Part shown: positions 13,610-25,800 of the stretch, piece after piece | How positions within the stretch are numbered: position 1 is the stretch's first letter | Layout: every line of letters begins with the position of its first letter | NCBI GenBank assembly: GCA_950097015.1 | Contig: CATNEN010000039.1 | Span: forward strand, 17,236,001 to 17,300,000 | Reading direction: 5' to 3' | Length of the DNA stretch: 64,000 bases | DNA from: Macrostomum hystrix | Taxonomy: Eukaryota; Animalia; Platyhelminthes | Program-made: the position numbers and the translations under genes | Notes under the pieces: model-generated | Database searches by the model: none | The model's input: the letters and a program-made list of their open reading frames with translations, nothing else | What the model was told of the DNA's origin: nothing

Positions 13610-16600
13610 TTAATTGTGGATATCCGAAATTGCCAACGAAGCCACTACCGTTGCCATAGCAACAACTGTCTTAGCCGGCGATGAAACCGTTGTAACCATG
13701 GCGCTTTTCCTGACGCCACCGCCTGCTGCCGCAGCCGAAGCTCCGGCTTTGAAGTCGCCGATGTTAGAACTAACTGACTGCTGCTGCTGCTGCTGCTGTA
13801 GATGACGATTGTTGCTAACAGAGCTGATTGCACTGACTGACTGCTGCTGTCTTAGGTTGTCGGCTGAGATTTTGGCGTGTTAGAGTAGATTTTTAATTGT
13901 GCTTTTTTTATTTGTCCCTCGATAGAGGAGTTTCAATCGGAAAAAAATTGAACTATCAATAACAGTTGAAAAAACCACGGCGTATTTGGAAGAACCACAT
14001 TCCAGAACAGAAGGTAAAAGTTTATTATTTTATTTTACTACTATATTATATTGTTAATTTCAATATTTTTAACAAATATTGATTTGCTATAGAAATCTAG
14101 ATACGAGCTCGTAGAGCAATACCAGTTGTCCTTGTCACCGGGTGGGTCTTCGACAAGAGTCGCTGAATATTTCGACGATTCTGAGTCGGACGGCTTAGAA
14201 AGTTAGTTCATCATGAAAAAGGGAAAATGTTGACTTTCCACATTGTGGACTTTCACGAAAATCGGTCATTCGGTTTGGTTGCTATCGTGAACTAGGCATT
14301 TGAAATATCCCCGTGTTCTTTACCCAGGGGGAAATAGCGTGCTCTTTCTCCAACACCTCTTCCTCCAGACCCTTCAGCTCCGATCATCAACCCCTGCTTT
14401 CCTTTCGCTATATCAACTTCATTCGCATGTCGGTTCTGCACTCACCGATTCGCACTAAATCCATCCGAGCTTCCACCGGATATCCGCCCGGATTATATAG
14501 AGCCACGGCAGCCAGCGACTCTTCCACCGCCTCCAGGTAGGCCGGACTCTCGAAGGCGCCACCGGCGCTGGTGTCGGCGCTGAACAGCAGGCGGCACTGG
14601 GCCGAGTCAAAAGCCAGCATTCTGATGACAGACTGGCTGCGGCTCTTCTCGATCAACTGCAGGTGTTTTGGTCGGTGTGCAATTTTCTGAGCGTAAGGAA
14701 AGCTTACTTTTGGGGGCCAAGTATTCTGCTTATTCTGCTTTTAAGCCCTGGATAGCACCTTACTCCAGATTTTGTCCCCCCTAGAACAGCCGCTTGACTC
14801 TAGGTTCGTCTTCTGGAGGGCCACATAACTCCTAATACGTCACCCTCGGACAGCCACCTCCCTCCAGATTTCATCCCCCTTAAGACAGCCACCTCACCCC
14901 AGATTTCGTCCTCCTCAGACAGCCACCTCACTCCAGATTTCGTCCCCTTCAGTCAGCCACACCTCTCCAAATATCGTCCCCCTCGGACAGCAACCTCAAT
15001 CTATATTTCATCCCTTAGGAGAGCTACCCGACTCCAAATTTTGTCCCTATCGGACAGTCACCCCTCTTTGAACGGCCACCTCACCACCTCCTCATTAAAC
15101 TCTCTGACAAACATGCACGCTCGTATATTGTAAGCTACTTACCCAGCAATTGTAGAGCCGCTTGCCGTTTTCTACATAATAGGTAACGACAACATGAAAT
15201 AGCGAGGCCATTGGACTTATAGTTGGATTGAAGGATCCGTAATTAATGTCGTAGCCGCCCAAGCAGCTGTGCTCTAAAGGTAAGAAATGTTTATAGGTGA
15301 ACTAAATAGTGCTATCGAGTTGACTTGTTAAAGTTGTTAGATCTGCAATCAAGGGCTAGACTCACTTTTCAGTAGGAATCGTAAATCACTCTCGCACATC
15401 TCGCTGCCCTCCAAAAACTTAAAATAGAAGTTATCGTAGGCCTGCGAGTTGGACTCGATTCTCAGCAGGCACGGGGTATGACGGCTGGTATTAACGGCGG
15501 AGAAGTTGTACTTCGCGTACAAGTTGATCTTGCAGTACATCGAGCTCGCTGGAATGGTTGTTTATCAAGCAAATGCTGTGAGCTAGCAATGTACATTCAA
15601 ACTTCACGCGATGATTGCGTGATTGGGAAATCCCAGCAAAGCTATTTTTAGCTTCATGTATTTATTAACCATGTTTTCCAGTGCTGTCTCAAATGTACAT
15701 CTCAATAGCGTCCAAAATTTCACCACCGAAAGCTTCACTCTTCTCTCATTGGCTGAAGTGCTAATCTACAGCCTAATGGTACATTAAATTTCTTACCCAT
15801 TGTCACTAAAATAATTCTCCTCGAGCAAGATTAGTGCTCTAACTAGTGCTTAGCTGGGTCTTCTCAATCCCTATCAATTGGTCCAGCCAGGAAATAAGGA
15901 ATCCAAGACTCAGGATTAAAAAACTTGGAAAAAGAAATCAATGAGCCACACAATATACGCACGATTTAGTATCGAATAGTAACCACTTCGAGCGCTATCA
16001 TCGTACTGTCGCAACAGATTTTCCGAAATCAGTGTGTAGAGATAGGACACAGGCACCCGTCGGATCGTTTCACCGACTCGCTGTTCGATAATCTTCTCCA
16101 TGAAGCTGCAACTTTTCGGCATTTCATTCTCAGACAGTGCCGTGTCGTGACCTTTTTGTGGAGGTTTGCGCTCAGAGTTCAGGAAATGTATATAGGTAAA
16201 CCGCAAGTTCAGGTCCAAGTCCAGGTGATAGATTTACACTCACTGATTCGCATGAAAATGACATTCTTTAGGCTTTGAAGTCTGCCGTCTGTTGAAACTG
16301 CGCCTGTGCCCGTTGGCACCACCTGCATGCACGACTGGGTGGACGCACTGTGGATGCGCGCGATTGGGGTTGGGACTCATTGGATGGATCAAGCTTAAAT
16401 ATTCTTTTTCTGAGAATTTCTTCACCTTATCAGTAGGACCAGTGTAGGAACTCGTGAGCGTACATTTATTATGTACATTATTTATAATACCCATCTCAGT
16501 CTGGGGCCATTTTAGGGGTCATTAGGAATGTACATGTTGTTCAAACAGTCTATCTCACTCCCAGCCTCTCTAATTGCTCTCATATTTGTACACTGTGTTG

Positions 16601-19600
16601 ATAATCCTGTCTTCCGCTCACATCTCCACTCCCGGCCTCTCTAATTGCACTCGATAATGTCTATATCTAAATGCTTATCTAATGCTAATGCTAACGATAA
16701 TCTCACTCCCGTCCTCTTTATAAGCCCCATAAATATATATTGTGTTCAAAAAGTCCTCCCGTTTAGATTCCACTATTAGACTCACCACATCCTGTCAGAG
16801 ACCTTGCGAATAACATACACCCCTTCGTGACCGGTCATGGACATTAGTAGGAAATTTTTTCGACAAACAAAATCCGTAGCCGGAAACTGGGCATTGCTCC
16901 ATCGATGCAGCCGCATCACAGCTCCCGCGGCGTCGAATCCGATGCTGACCTGGCCAAGACGGTCCGGACTGTCGTCACTGTCCAGGCGAACCCAGTTGCC
17001 GCGAATGTCATCGCTGTAGCTGCATCGACCCATGTTTGTACTGGCTGGGTGACGGTTGATCGATGTGTCCGTGATCATTTTGTGAGACGCCTGTCTAACA
17101 GGTACCTTTTGTATCCAACAGGTAGCTTCTGTATGTAACAGGTAGCTTTTGTATCTACCAGGTAGCTTCTGTATCTAACAGGTAGCTTTTGTATCTAACA
17201 GGCAGCTTTTGTATCTAACAGGTATCTTTTGTATCTAACAGGTAGCTTCTGTATCTAACAGGTAGCTTTTGTATCTAACAGGTAGCTTCTGTATCTAACA
17301 GGTAGCTTTTGTATCTAACAGGTAGCTTCTATATCTAACAGGTAGCTTTTGTATCTAACAGGTAGCTTTTGTATATAACAGGTAGCTTCTGTATCTAACA
17401 GGTAGCTTCTGTATCTAACAGGTAGCTTCTGTATCTAACAGGTAGCTTTTGTATATAACAGGTAGCTTCTGTATCTAACAGGTAGCTTCTGTATCTAACA
17501 GGTAGCTTCTGTATCTAACAGGTAGCTTTTGTATCTAACAGGTAGCTTTTGTATATAACAGGTAGCTTTTGTATATAACAGGTAGCTTCTGTATCTAACA
17601 GGTAGCTTCTGTATCTAACAGGTAGCTTCTGTATCTAACAGGTAGCTTTTGTATCTAACAGGAAGCTTCGTGTCTAACTGACTCACTGGCGCATTGGTTG
17701 CCATCCAGGTCCAGCGACAGTCTGCAGTACAAGCTGCTGAGGTCCACGGAGTTCGTCAGATAGTGCTGCTCGCTGAACTCGCAGCCTCGAATATGGTTGT
17801 CGCAGTCGCCGACTGAAGTTTTCAATTTGCGAGTTGGCGAAGTCGTAGAAGCGTGTGAGGATGAGTGTGAGGATGAGTGTGAGGATGAGTGTGAGGATGA
17901 GTGTGAGGATGAGTGTGAGGATGAGTGTGAGGATGAGTGTGAGGATGAGTGTGAGGATGAGTGTGTGATAGTGTGATAGACTTAGGGATAAGAGATGGGA
18001 AATGATGATGGGAATGGGAAATTGAGATGGGGATGGGGATGCTGATGGTGATGGGGATGGGAAATGGAGATTGGAGTGGGAATGGGAGATAGGGATGGAG
18101 AATGGGGATGGGGATGGGGATGGAGATGGGGATGGTGATGGGGATGGAGATGGGGATGGTGATGGGGATGGTGATGGGGATGGAGATGGGGATGGTGATG
18201 GGGATGGAGATGGAGATGGGGATGGGGATGGAGATGGGGATGGTGATGGGGATGGAGATGGAGATGGGGATGGGGATGGGAAATGTAGATGGGAATGGAT
18301 ATGGGGATGGGAAATGTAGATGGGAATGGAGATGGGGATGGGAAGTGTAGATGGGAATGGAGATGGGGATGGGATATGGGAGATTAGATTGGGATGGGAA
18401 AAGGACGTGAATCTTCCCCATAGAAATGAGGATTTGAAAGCTCTAGAAGGGATGACATCAGAATGTAGACGTTAATTGCGAGTACAAATCGATTATCTAG
18501 ACTAAGTAATTAAGAAAGCGAAAAGACTAAAACTCACGTGACTTCCTGTAGCTGAGCTGGTATCGGTTTTGTCCGGCCTTGTCACCATCTGGCGGGTTAA
18601 GCAAGCCGCTCATGCGCAGGTTCGATCCGACGCCGGGAGACAGGACTTCGGACGCGCCCTCATACAGCATGGCCCGGCTGTAGTTCACCTGGGCAGGCTC
18701 GTCCAGCGGCAGCCGCTGAAATGCCCCGTGGTTGAGAAGCTCAGCTACAGATGGGAAATCACTGCAGACAGACAACCGGACCGACACTGGACAGACACCC
18801 AGGACAGACAGACACCCAGGACAGACAGACACCCAGGACTGACAGACACCCAGGACAGACAGACACCCAGGACTGACAGACACCCAGGACAGACAGACAC
18901 CCAGGACTGACAGACACCCAGGACAGACAGACACCCAGGACTGACAGACACCCAGGACAGACAGACACCCAGGACTGACAGACACCCAGGACTGACAGAC
19001 ACCCAGGACTGACAGACACCCAGGACTGACAGACACCCAGGGCAGACAGACACCCAGGACTGACAGACACCCAGGACTGACAGACACCCAGGACTGACAG
19101 ACACCCAGGGCAGACAGACACCCAGGACAGACAGACACCCAGGACTGACAGACACCCAGGACTGACAGACACCCAGGACAGACAGACACCCAGGACTGAC
19201 AGACACCCAGGACTGGCAGACACCCAGGACTGACAGACACCCAGGACTGACAGACACCCAGGACTGACAGACACCCAGGACTGACAGACACCCAGGACTG
19301 ACAGACACCCAGGACTGGCAGACACCCAGGACTGACAGACACCCAGGACTGACAGACACCCAGGACTGACAGACACCCAGGACTGACAGACACCCAGGGC
19401 AGACAGACACCCAGGACAGACAGACACCCAGGACAGACAGACACCCAGGACTGACAGACACCCAGGACTGACAGACACCCAGGACTAACAGACACCCAGG
19501 ACTGACACTGGACAGACTCCCAAGACAGACAGACAGACGCACAGGACAGACACACAGACACCCAGGATAGACAGACACCCAGGACAGACAGACAGACACC

Positions 19601-19772
19601 CAGGACACACAGACACCCAGGATAGACAGACACCCAGGACATACAGACAGACAGACACCCAGGACAGACAGACACCCAGGACAGACAGACACCCAGGACA
19701 CACAGACACCCAGGATAGACAGACACCCAGGACAGACAGACAGACACCCAGGACAGACAGACAGACAGACAA

Positions 19773-19811
<39 letters not shown>

Positions 19812-22800
19812 CCGACAAGAAACGGACACCGGCTCGGAGCATTGGGTGACTCACCAGGGTATAAATAGCCTGAGGGAAATCCGGTCTGTAGATCAGGATG
19901 AATTGGTAGCTCAGGCCCGAAGTGTTCCTTATCCAAGATCCGGCGCACTGCATGTCTTCTTCTAGAAGTGGGCAGTGGTTTTTATGCACTGGGATAACGA
20001 TCGACTGTTTAATAGCGTTTGATCCTTTATTATATGGATAATCATTTTATTACGAACTAGCTGTCTAAAGTGTTATATTTTTTGTGAAAAGTTGTGAAGT
20101 AGGGCATAGTGAGAGAATAAGATATGAGGGAGGAGAGAGAGGAGAGGGAGGAGAGGGACGAGAGGGAGGAGAGAGAGGAGAGAGAGGAGAGGGAGGAGAG
20201 GGAGGAGAGGGAGCAGATGGAGGAGAGGGAGGAAAGGGAGGAGAGAGGAGAGGGAGCAGATGGAGGAGAGGGAGGAAAGGGAGGAGAGAGAGGAGAGGGA
20301 CGAGAGGGAGGAGAGGGAGGAGAGAGAGGAGAGAGAGGAGAGGGACGAGAGGGAGGAGAGAGAGGAGAGAGAGGAGAGGGACGAGAGGGAGAAGAGAGAG
20401 GAGAGAGAGAAGAGGGACGAGAGGGAGGAGAGGGAGCAGATGGAGGAGAGGGAGGAGAGGGAGGAGAGAGAGGAGAGGGACGAGAGGGAGGAGAGAGAGA
20501 AGAGGGACGAGAGGGAGGAGAGGGAGCAGATGGAGGAGAGGGAGGAGAGGGAGGAGAGAGAGGAGAGGGACGAGAGGGAGGAGAGAGAGAAGAGGGACGA
20601 GAGGGAGGAGAGGGAGCAGATGGAGGAGAGGGAGGAGAGGGACGAGAGGGAGGAGAGGGACGAGAGGGAGGAGAGGGAGCAGATGGAGGAAAGGGAGGAG
20701 AGAGAGGAGAGAGAGGAGAGAGAGGAGAGGGACGAGAGGGAGGAGAGGGAGGAGAGGGAGGAGAGAGAAAAGAGAATGGAAAGAACCCATAAGAGGGTTG
20801 ACAGAAAGTGAACATAAAAATGAAAACATTATACGACCGTATAATAAGAAGAGTGATGAATTTAGATGAAGTATTTTTCAAACTCGAGTTTTAAAAAAGA
20901 AATTAATTCTGATCAGCTCGTTTTACAACAGCTTATAATGCTAGCTAATTTGTCGTCAGTTCTGTACTAGCTCAATAATTTACTTTTTAATTTAAAAAAC
21001 TATACTACTATAGAATCGAACCAGACAGTCTGCTCCTCGCCGATATATTATTCCATCAAAGTGGATTACCAAACGTCTTTTGGGAATTCTGAGATTAGAT
21101 ATTATTTCCGATCGAAAACTCATGCGTCACCACCTCTGCGTTGGTGTTCGGGTGGGCACAATGCCCCAAAATTCCATGATTGAGGTGGATTTTGGGGGAA
21201 AAGAGGATAAATAAACTTGAATTCCATCTTCTAGGAGAAAAAATAACCAGTCGGAAAATTGGGGATTCATTTCCTAGTCTCCAATCCAGAGAAGCCGTTG
21301 ATCAACTCGTGCCCCAACAGGGATTTGGAGTTTTTTTTAACGAGAAAGCTACCTTCCCCGCTATCCTTATAAGGGAGAGATTAATTTCGGTTCAGAAAGA
21401 AGGCGGGAAAAAAGAGCACAAAAGTGTCTGGACTCTGGAGATCACGTTTGAGAATAGCGAAAATATTTATAGAGTTCAGTATTCGGACTCTCTCTATTGA
21501 CTCTAAGTCCAAGTCTAAGTGACTCTATAACTGACTGTCACACTGAACTCTTATCTCTCACTCTCTACTACCATCTGTCACTCTCTACTACTGTCGGTCA
21601 CTCTCTACTACTGTCGGTCACTCTCTACTACTTTCTGTCACTCTCTACTACTGTCGGTCACTCTCTACTACTTTCTGTCACTCTCTACTACTGTCGGTCA
21701 CTCTCTACTACTGTCGGTCACTCTCTACTACTTTCTGTCACTCTCTACTACTATCTGTCACTCTCTACTCTTATCTGTCACTCTCTACTCTTATCTGTCA
21801 CTCTCTACTACTATCTATCACTCTCTACTACTATCTGTCACTCTCTACTACTGTCGGTCACTCTCTACTACTGTCGGTCACCCTCTACTACTTTCTGTCA
21901 CTCTCTACTACTATCTGTCACTCTCTACTCTTATCTGTCACTCTCTACTCTTATCTGTCACTCTCTACTACTATCTATCACTCTCTACTACTATCTGTCA
22001 CTCTCTACTACCATATGTCACTCTCTACTATCTCTATCTGTCACTCTCTACTCTTATCTGTCACTCTCTACTCTTATCTGTCACTCTCTACTACTGTCGG
22101 TCACTCTTTACTCTTATCTGTCACTCTCTACTACTGTCGGTCACTCTCTACTACTATCTGTCACTCTCTACTATCTTCAACTGTCTACATTTATCATGCA
22201 GTATCAATGCCTGCCTGTCAGTCTCTACTCTCCGAACAGTGATTAGTGCCACACCATAGTAGCAGAGAACATTGTTAGCAGCTCAAGATGCAATCTTTGT
22301 CACCTATCTGGAGTTCGCAATTAGTCTCTGCTTATTAATTTATCTTTTGCCTGCAGGCTCGGCCAGATAAAAAATTGGCACACACGCTATTGAATCGAAC
22401 TGTGCTTATGAAAGCAGCGGGGGCTTTTATCTTTCCATATAATCCTAAATTGTGACTTCGGCTTAATATATGTGAAAACAGAATTAGAAATACATATGTG
22501 TTTCTGTTTTACGTATGGCCATAAAAATAACGAATTCGGCACAAAATTTTCCCCTCTATCTGATTAAACTACTTTCGAAGTCACAAAACGCTGACGTCAG
22601 ATATTTACAAGAATTTCACGAAAATCGGTCATTCGGTTTGGTAGGCAAAGTAGGCAGTGGGTATTTAAAAATACTCCATTGGTCTTATCCCACAAGCCTT
22701 CATTGAATAAAGTTTGCAGCAAGGAACGTGTGCTAAAATTGGCTAATGGATTTTATTTTAAATAGCGAGATAAATTCACCGTGTTACTTTTGCTTGACTT

Positions 22801-25800
22801 GCTGCTTTCACATTGTTTAAAGTACGAGTATTTTGTTTTTCCTTGTCTTTGATCTTTAGTTTATTAAAAGCCATTAGTTTCACATTCTATGTCAGAGTTT
22901 GTAGGAATCGAAAACGACAGCGAATATCAGGCTTTCGTTTAAAAACATTGTTTATAGGTGCAACACACGGTGGCAAAACCTGTCCCTCTCTTCAGTATCC
23001 GTCAGTCTCTTCAGTATCTGTCAGTCTCTTCAGTATCTGTCACTCTCTTCAGTATCTATCACTCTCTTCAGTATCTGTCACTCTCTTCAGTATCTGTCAC
23101 TCTGTACAGTATCTGTCACTCTCTTCAGTATCTGCCACTCTCTTCAGTATCCGTCACTCTCTTCAGTATCCGTCACTCTCTTCAGTATCTGTCACTCTGT
23201 ACAGTATCTGTCACTCTGTACAGTATCCGTCACTTTCTTTAGTATCTGTCACTCTGTTTCGTATCCATCACTCTGTACAGTATTCCATCACCTTCTTCAG
23301 TATCCGTCAGTCTCTTCAGCATCTGTCAGTCTCTTCAGCATCCGTCAGTTTCTTCAGTATCTGTCACTCTCTTCACTATCTGTCACTCTCTTCAGTATCT
23401 ATCACTCTCTTCACTATCTGTCACTCTCTTCAGTATCTATCACTCTCTTCAGTATCTATCACTCTCTTCAGTATCTGTCACTCTGTACAGTATTCCGTCA
23501 CCTTCTTCAGTATCCGTCAGTCTCTTCAGTATCTGTCAGTCTCTTCAGCATCCGTCAGTTTCTTCAGTATCTGTCACTCTCTTCAGTATCTATCACTCTA
23601 TTCAGTATCTGTCACTCTGTTTGGTATCCATCACTCTGTACAGTATTCCGTCACCTTCTTCAGTATCCGTCAGTCTCTTCAGTATCTGTCACTCTCTTCA
23701 GTATCTATCACTCTCTTCAGTATCTGTCACTCTCTTCAGTATCTGTCACTCTCTTCAGTATCTGTCACTCTGTACAGTATTCCGTCGCTCTCTTCAGTAT
23801 CTGCCACTCTCCTCAGTATCCGTCACTCTCTTCAGTATCTGTCACTATGTACAGTATCTGTCACTCTGTACAGTATCCGTCACTTTCTTTAGTATCTGTC
23901 ACTCTGTTTCGTATCCATCACTCTGTACAGTATTCCATCACCTTCTTCAGTATCCGTCAGTCTCTTCAGCATCCGTCAGTCTCTTCAGTATATGTCATCC
24001 TCTTCAGTATCTATCACTCTCTTCAGTATCTGTCACTCTCTTCAGTATCTGTCACTCTCTTCAGCATCCGTCAGTCTCTTCAGTATCTGTCATCCTCTTC
24101 AGTATCTATCACTCTCTTCAGTATCTGTCACTCTCTTCAGTATCTATCACTCTCTTCAGTATCTGTCACTCTCTTCAGTATCTGTCACTCTGTACAGTAT
24201 TCCGTCACTCTCTTCAGTATCTGCCACTCTCCTCAGTATCCGTCACTCTCTTCAGTATCTGTCACTCTGTACAGTATCTGTCACTCTGTACAGTATCCGT
24301 CACTTTCTTTAGTATCTGTCACTCTGTTTCGTATCCATCACTCTGTACAGTATTCCATCACCTTCTTCAGTATCCGTCAGTCTCTTCAGCATCCGTCAGT
24401 TTCTTCAGTATCTGTCACTCTCTTCAGTATCTGTCACTCTCTTCAGTATCTATCACTCTCTTCAGTATCCGTCACTCTCTTCACTATCTGTCACTCTCTT
24501 CAGTATCTATCACTCTCTTCAGTATCTGTCACTCTCTTTAGTATCTGTCACTCTCTTCAGTATCTGTCACTCTCTTCAGTATCTGTCACTCTGTTTGGTA
24601 TCCATCACTCTGTACAGTATTCCGTCACCTTCTTCAGTATCCGTCAGTCTCTTCAGTATCTGTCAGTCTCTTCAGCATCCGTCAGTTTCTTCAGTATCTG
24701 TCACTCTCTTCAGTATCTATCACTCTCTTCAGTATCTATCACTCTCTTCAGTATCCGTCACTCTCTTCACTATCTGTCACTCTCTTCAGTATCTATCACT
24801 CTCTTCAGTATCTATCACTCTCTTCAGTATCCGTCACTCTCTTCAGTATCTGTCACTCTAGATTTTCTCTGCTGTAACCCTCTATCCTTCACTCTGCGGC
24901 TCACGAAATTAAGGCACAGAAAATATAATTGAACAGAACTCACGAATCGATTCTAGAGCAGTGATGTCTGACCTAAGCGACAGAACAGCAGCTCGTCGAA
25001 AATTTTCCGGCAGAATGTTGTAGTACAGCCAGCTCATGCCTAGGCCGAATATGCACTGGCTCTGAACCAGGGTGAATGTGTTCTGCTGCAGGATGCTGTG
25101 ACCCGAGCGAGTGTTCTGCAATGAGCCGTCATTTTAGGTTTGGTCATTGGTGACTTTTGACTTTGATCCTAGGTTAGTTGCTATGTCTAGATTGGTCATA
25201 GCTGGCATATCTAGATTGGTCATAGCTGGCATATCTAGATTGGTCATAGCTGTCATATCTAGATTGGTCATAGCTGGCATATCTAGATTGGTCATAGCTG
25301 TCATATCTAGATTGGTCATAGCTGGCATATCTAGATTGGTCATAGCTGGCATATCTAGATTGGTCATAGCTGGCATATCAAGATTGGTCATAGCTGGCAT
25401 ATCTAGATTGGTCATAGCTGTCATATCTAGATTGGTCATAGCTGGCATATCTAGATTGGTCATAGCTGGCATATCTAGATTGGTCATAGCTGGCATATCT
25501 AGATTGGTCATAGCTGGCATATCTAGATTGGTCATAGCTGGCATATCTAGATTGGTCATAGCTGTCATATCTAGATTGGTCATAGCTGGCATATCAAGAT
25601 TGGTCATAGCTGGCATATCAAGATTTGTCATAGCTGGCATATCTAGATTGGTCATAGCTGGCATATCTAGATTGGTCATAGCTGGCATATCTAGATTGGT
25701 CATAGCTGGCATATCTAGATTGGTCATAGCTGGCATATCTAGATTGGTCATAGCTGGCATATCTAGATTGGTCATAGCTGGCATATCTAGATTGGTCATA

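Noticed and set aside
14095-14195. Extra exon of the 13610-30748 gene (taag acceptor at ~14194)
   Set aside because: In the required phase it stops after ~19 codons, and 14446 joins 13863 cleanly. An alternative terminal exon cannot be excluded but is unsupported.
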